From: a virus
Taxonomy: Duplodnaviria; Caudoviricetes
Length of the DNA: 64,000 nt
Reading direction: 5' to 3' (one strand)
Virus record (IMG/VR): IMGVR_UViG_3300028909_000001
Each line of letters begins with the position of its first letter. Position 1 is the stretch's first letter. Below the pieces are notes generated by a model. It ran no database searches and had not been told where the DNA came from. It was given only the letters and a program-made list of their open reading frames with translations. The position numbers and the translations under genes were made by a program. Positions 63,734 to 64,000 of the stretch are shown in pieces.

Positions 63734-64000
63734 GAATTAAATTGACGAATACCTTTGGTTATGGTAAATAATATATTCGTTAGTTTTTATGCCGGTCGCT
63801 CTAGTAATGGAGCGAAGCTTACAGCGGAAAAAATCGGGGACCCTATTAAAAATGAGGGAATCCGACCTGAAGGTTCTATAGATTATTCTATTTAACCAGG
63901 GGCAGAGCATAGTGGATGTAATAAGCCACCAAGAGACCGCTGCAACCTAGAAATAGGTTGAATATATATGCCGAACTATGTGCGTAAGATACTAAGCCAT
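63734..64000 (+). mobile_element. Group I self-splicing intron (3' end beyond the window)
   Basis: 5' splice site after U63733; IGS GCCGGTCG 63791-63798; P2 63797-63814; P3 CAGCGG/CCGCTG; P4-P6; P7 GCATA/TATGC; P8 with GAAA loop. Confidence 0.88.

Noticed and set aside
63734-63745. ATPase ending in GELN as a truncated pseudogene
   Set aside because: The following sequence folds as a group I intron; ELN-stop is intron sequence.

Overview
This AT-rich, gene-dense window comes from a large tailed dsDNA (jumbo-type) bacteriophage. It carries a lambda-GpA-like terminase, tail fibre/spike genes, a dNTP cluster (MazG, dCMP deaminase, class II RNR, Nudix, Tmk, ThyX), an SNF2 helicase, RNase H and a Ycf46-like AAA ATPase. 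Main observations: (1) A bacterial-like multisubunit RNA polymerase is spread over five genes on both strands, one of them a beta-C/beta'-N fusion. (2) Its catalytic motif (GAD|SDGD) is interrupted by an intein that is itself split after 13 residues by a 43-nt insertion. The insertion supplies a stop codon, a sigma70-type promoter and a new ATG, so the active site apparently needs protein trans-splicing. (3) Many unrelated low-complexity or glycine-zipper proteins share a K-x-A motif, and several share an N-terminal F-x-x-G-F-x-K-A-A leader, suggesting a virion packaging/processing signal; two candidate cysteine proteases lie nearby. (4) There are two promoter classes: CCCCWCCCCTC-N22-GGTATAAT and leaderless TTGACA-N17-TANNNT-N6-ATG. 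(5) Also present are a group I intron in the ATPase Walker A motif, a class 3 intein, a tRNA-like element with an abnormal anticodon arm, and a duplicated Ser/Arg-repeat cassette. All protein calls come from motif recognition by eye; no database search or folding was run. Several starts were revised from the ORF track.
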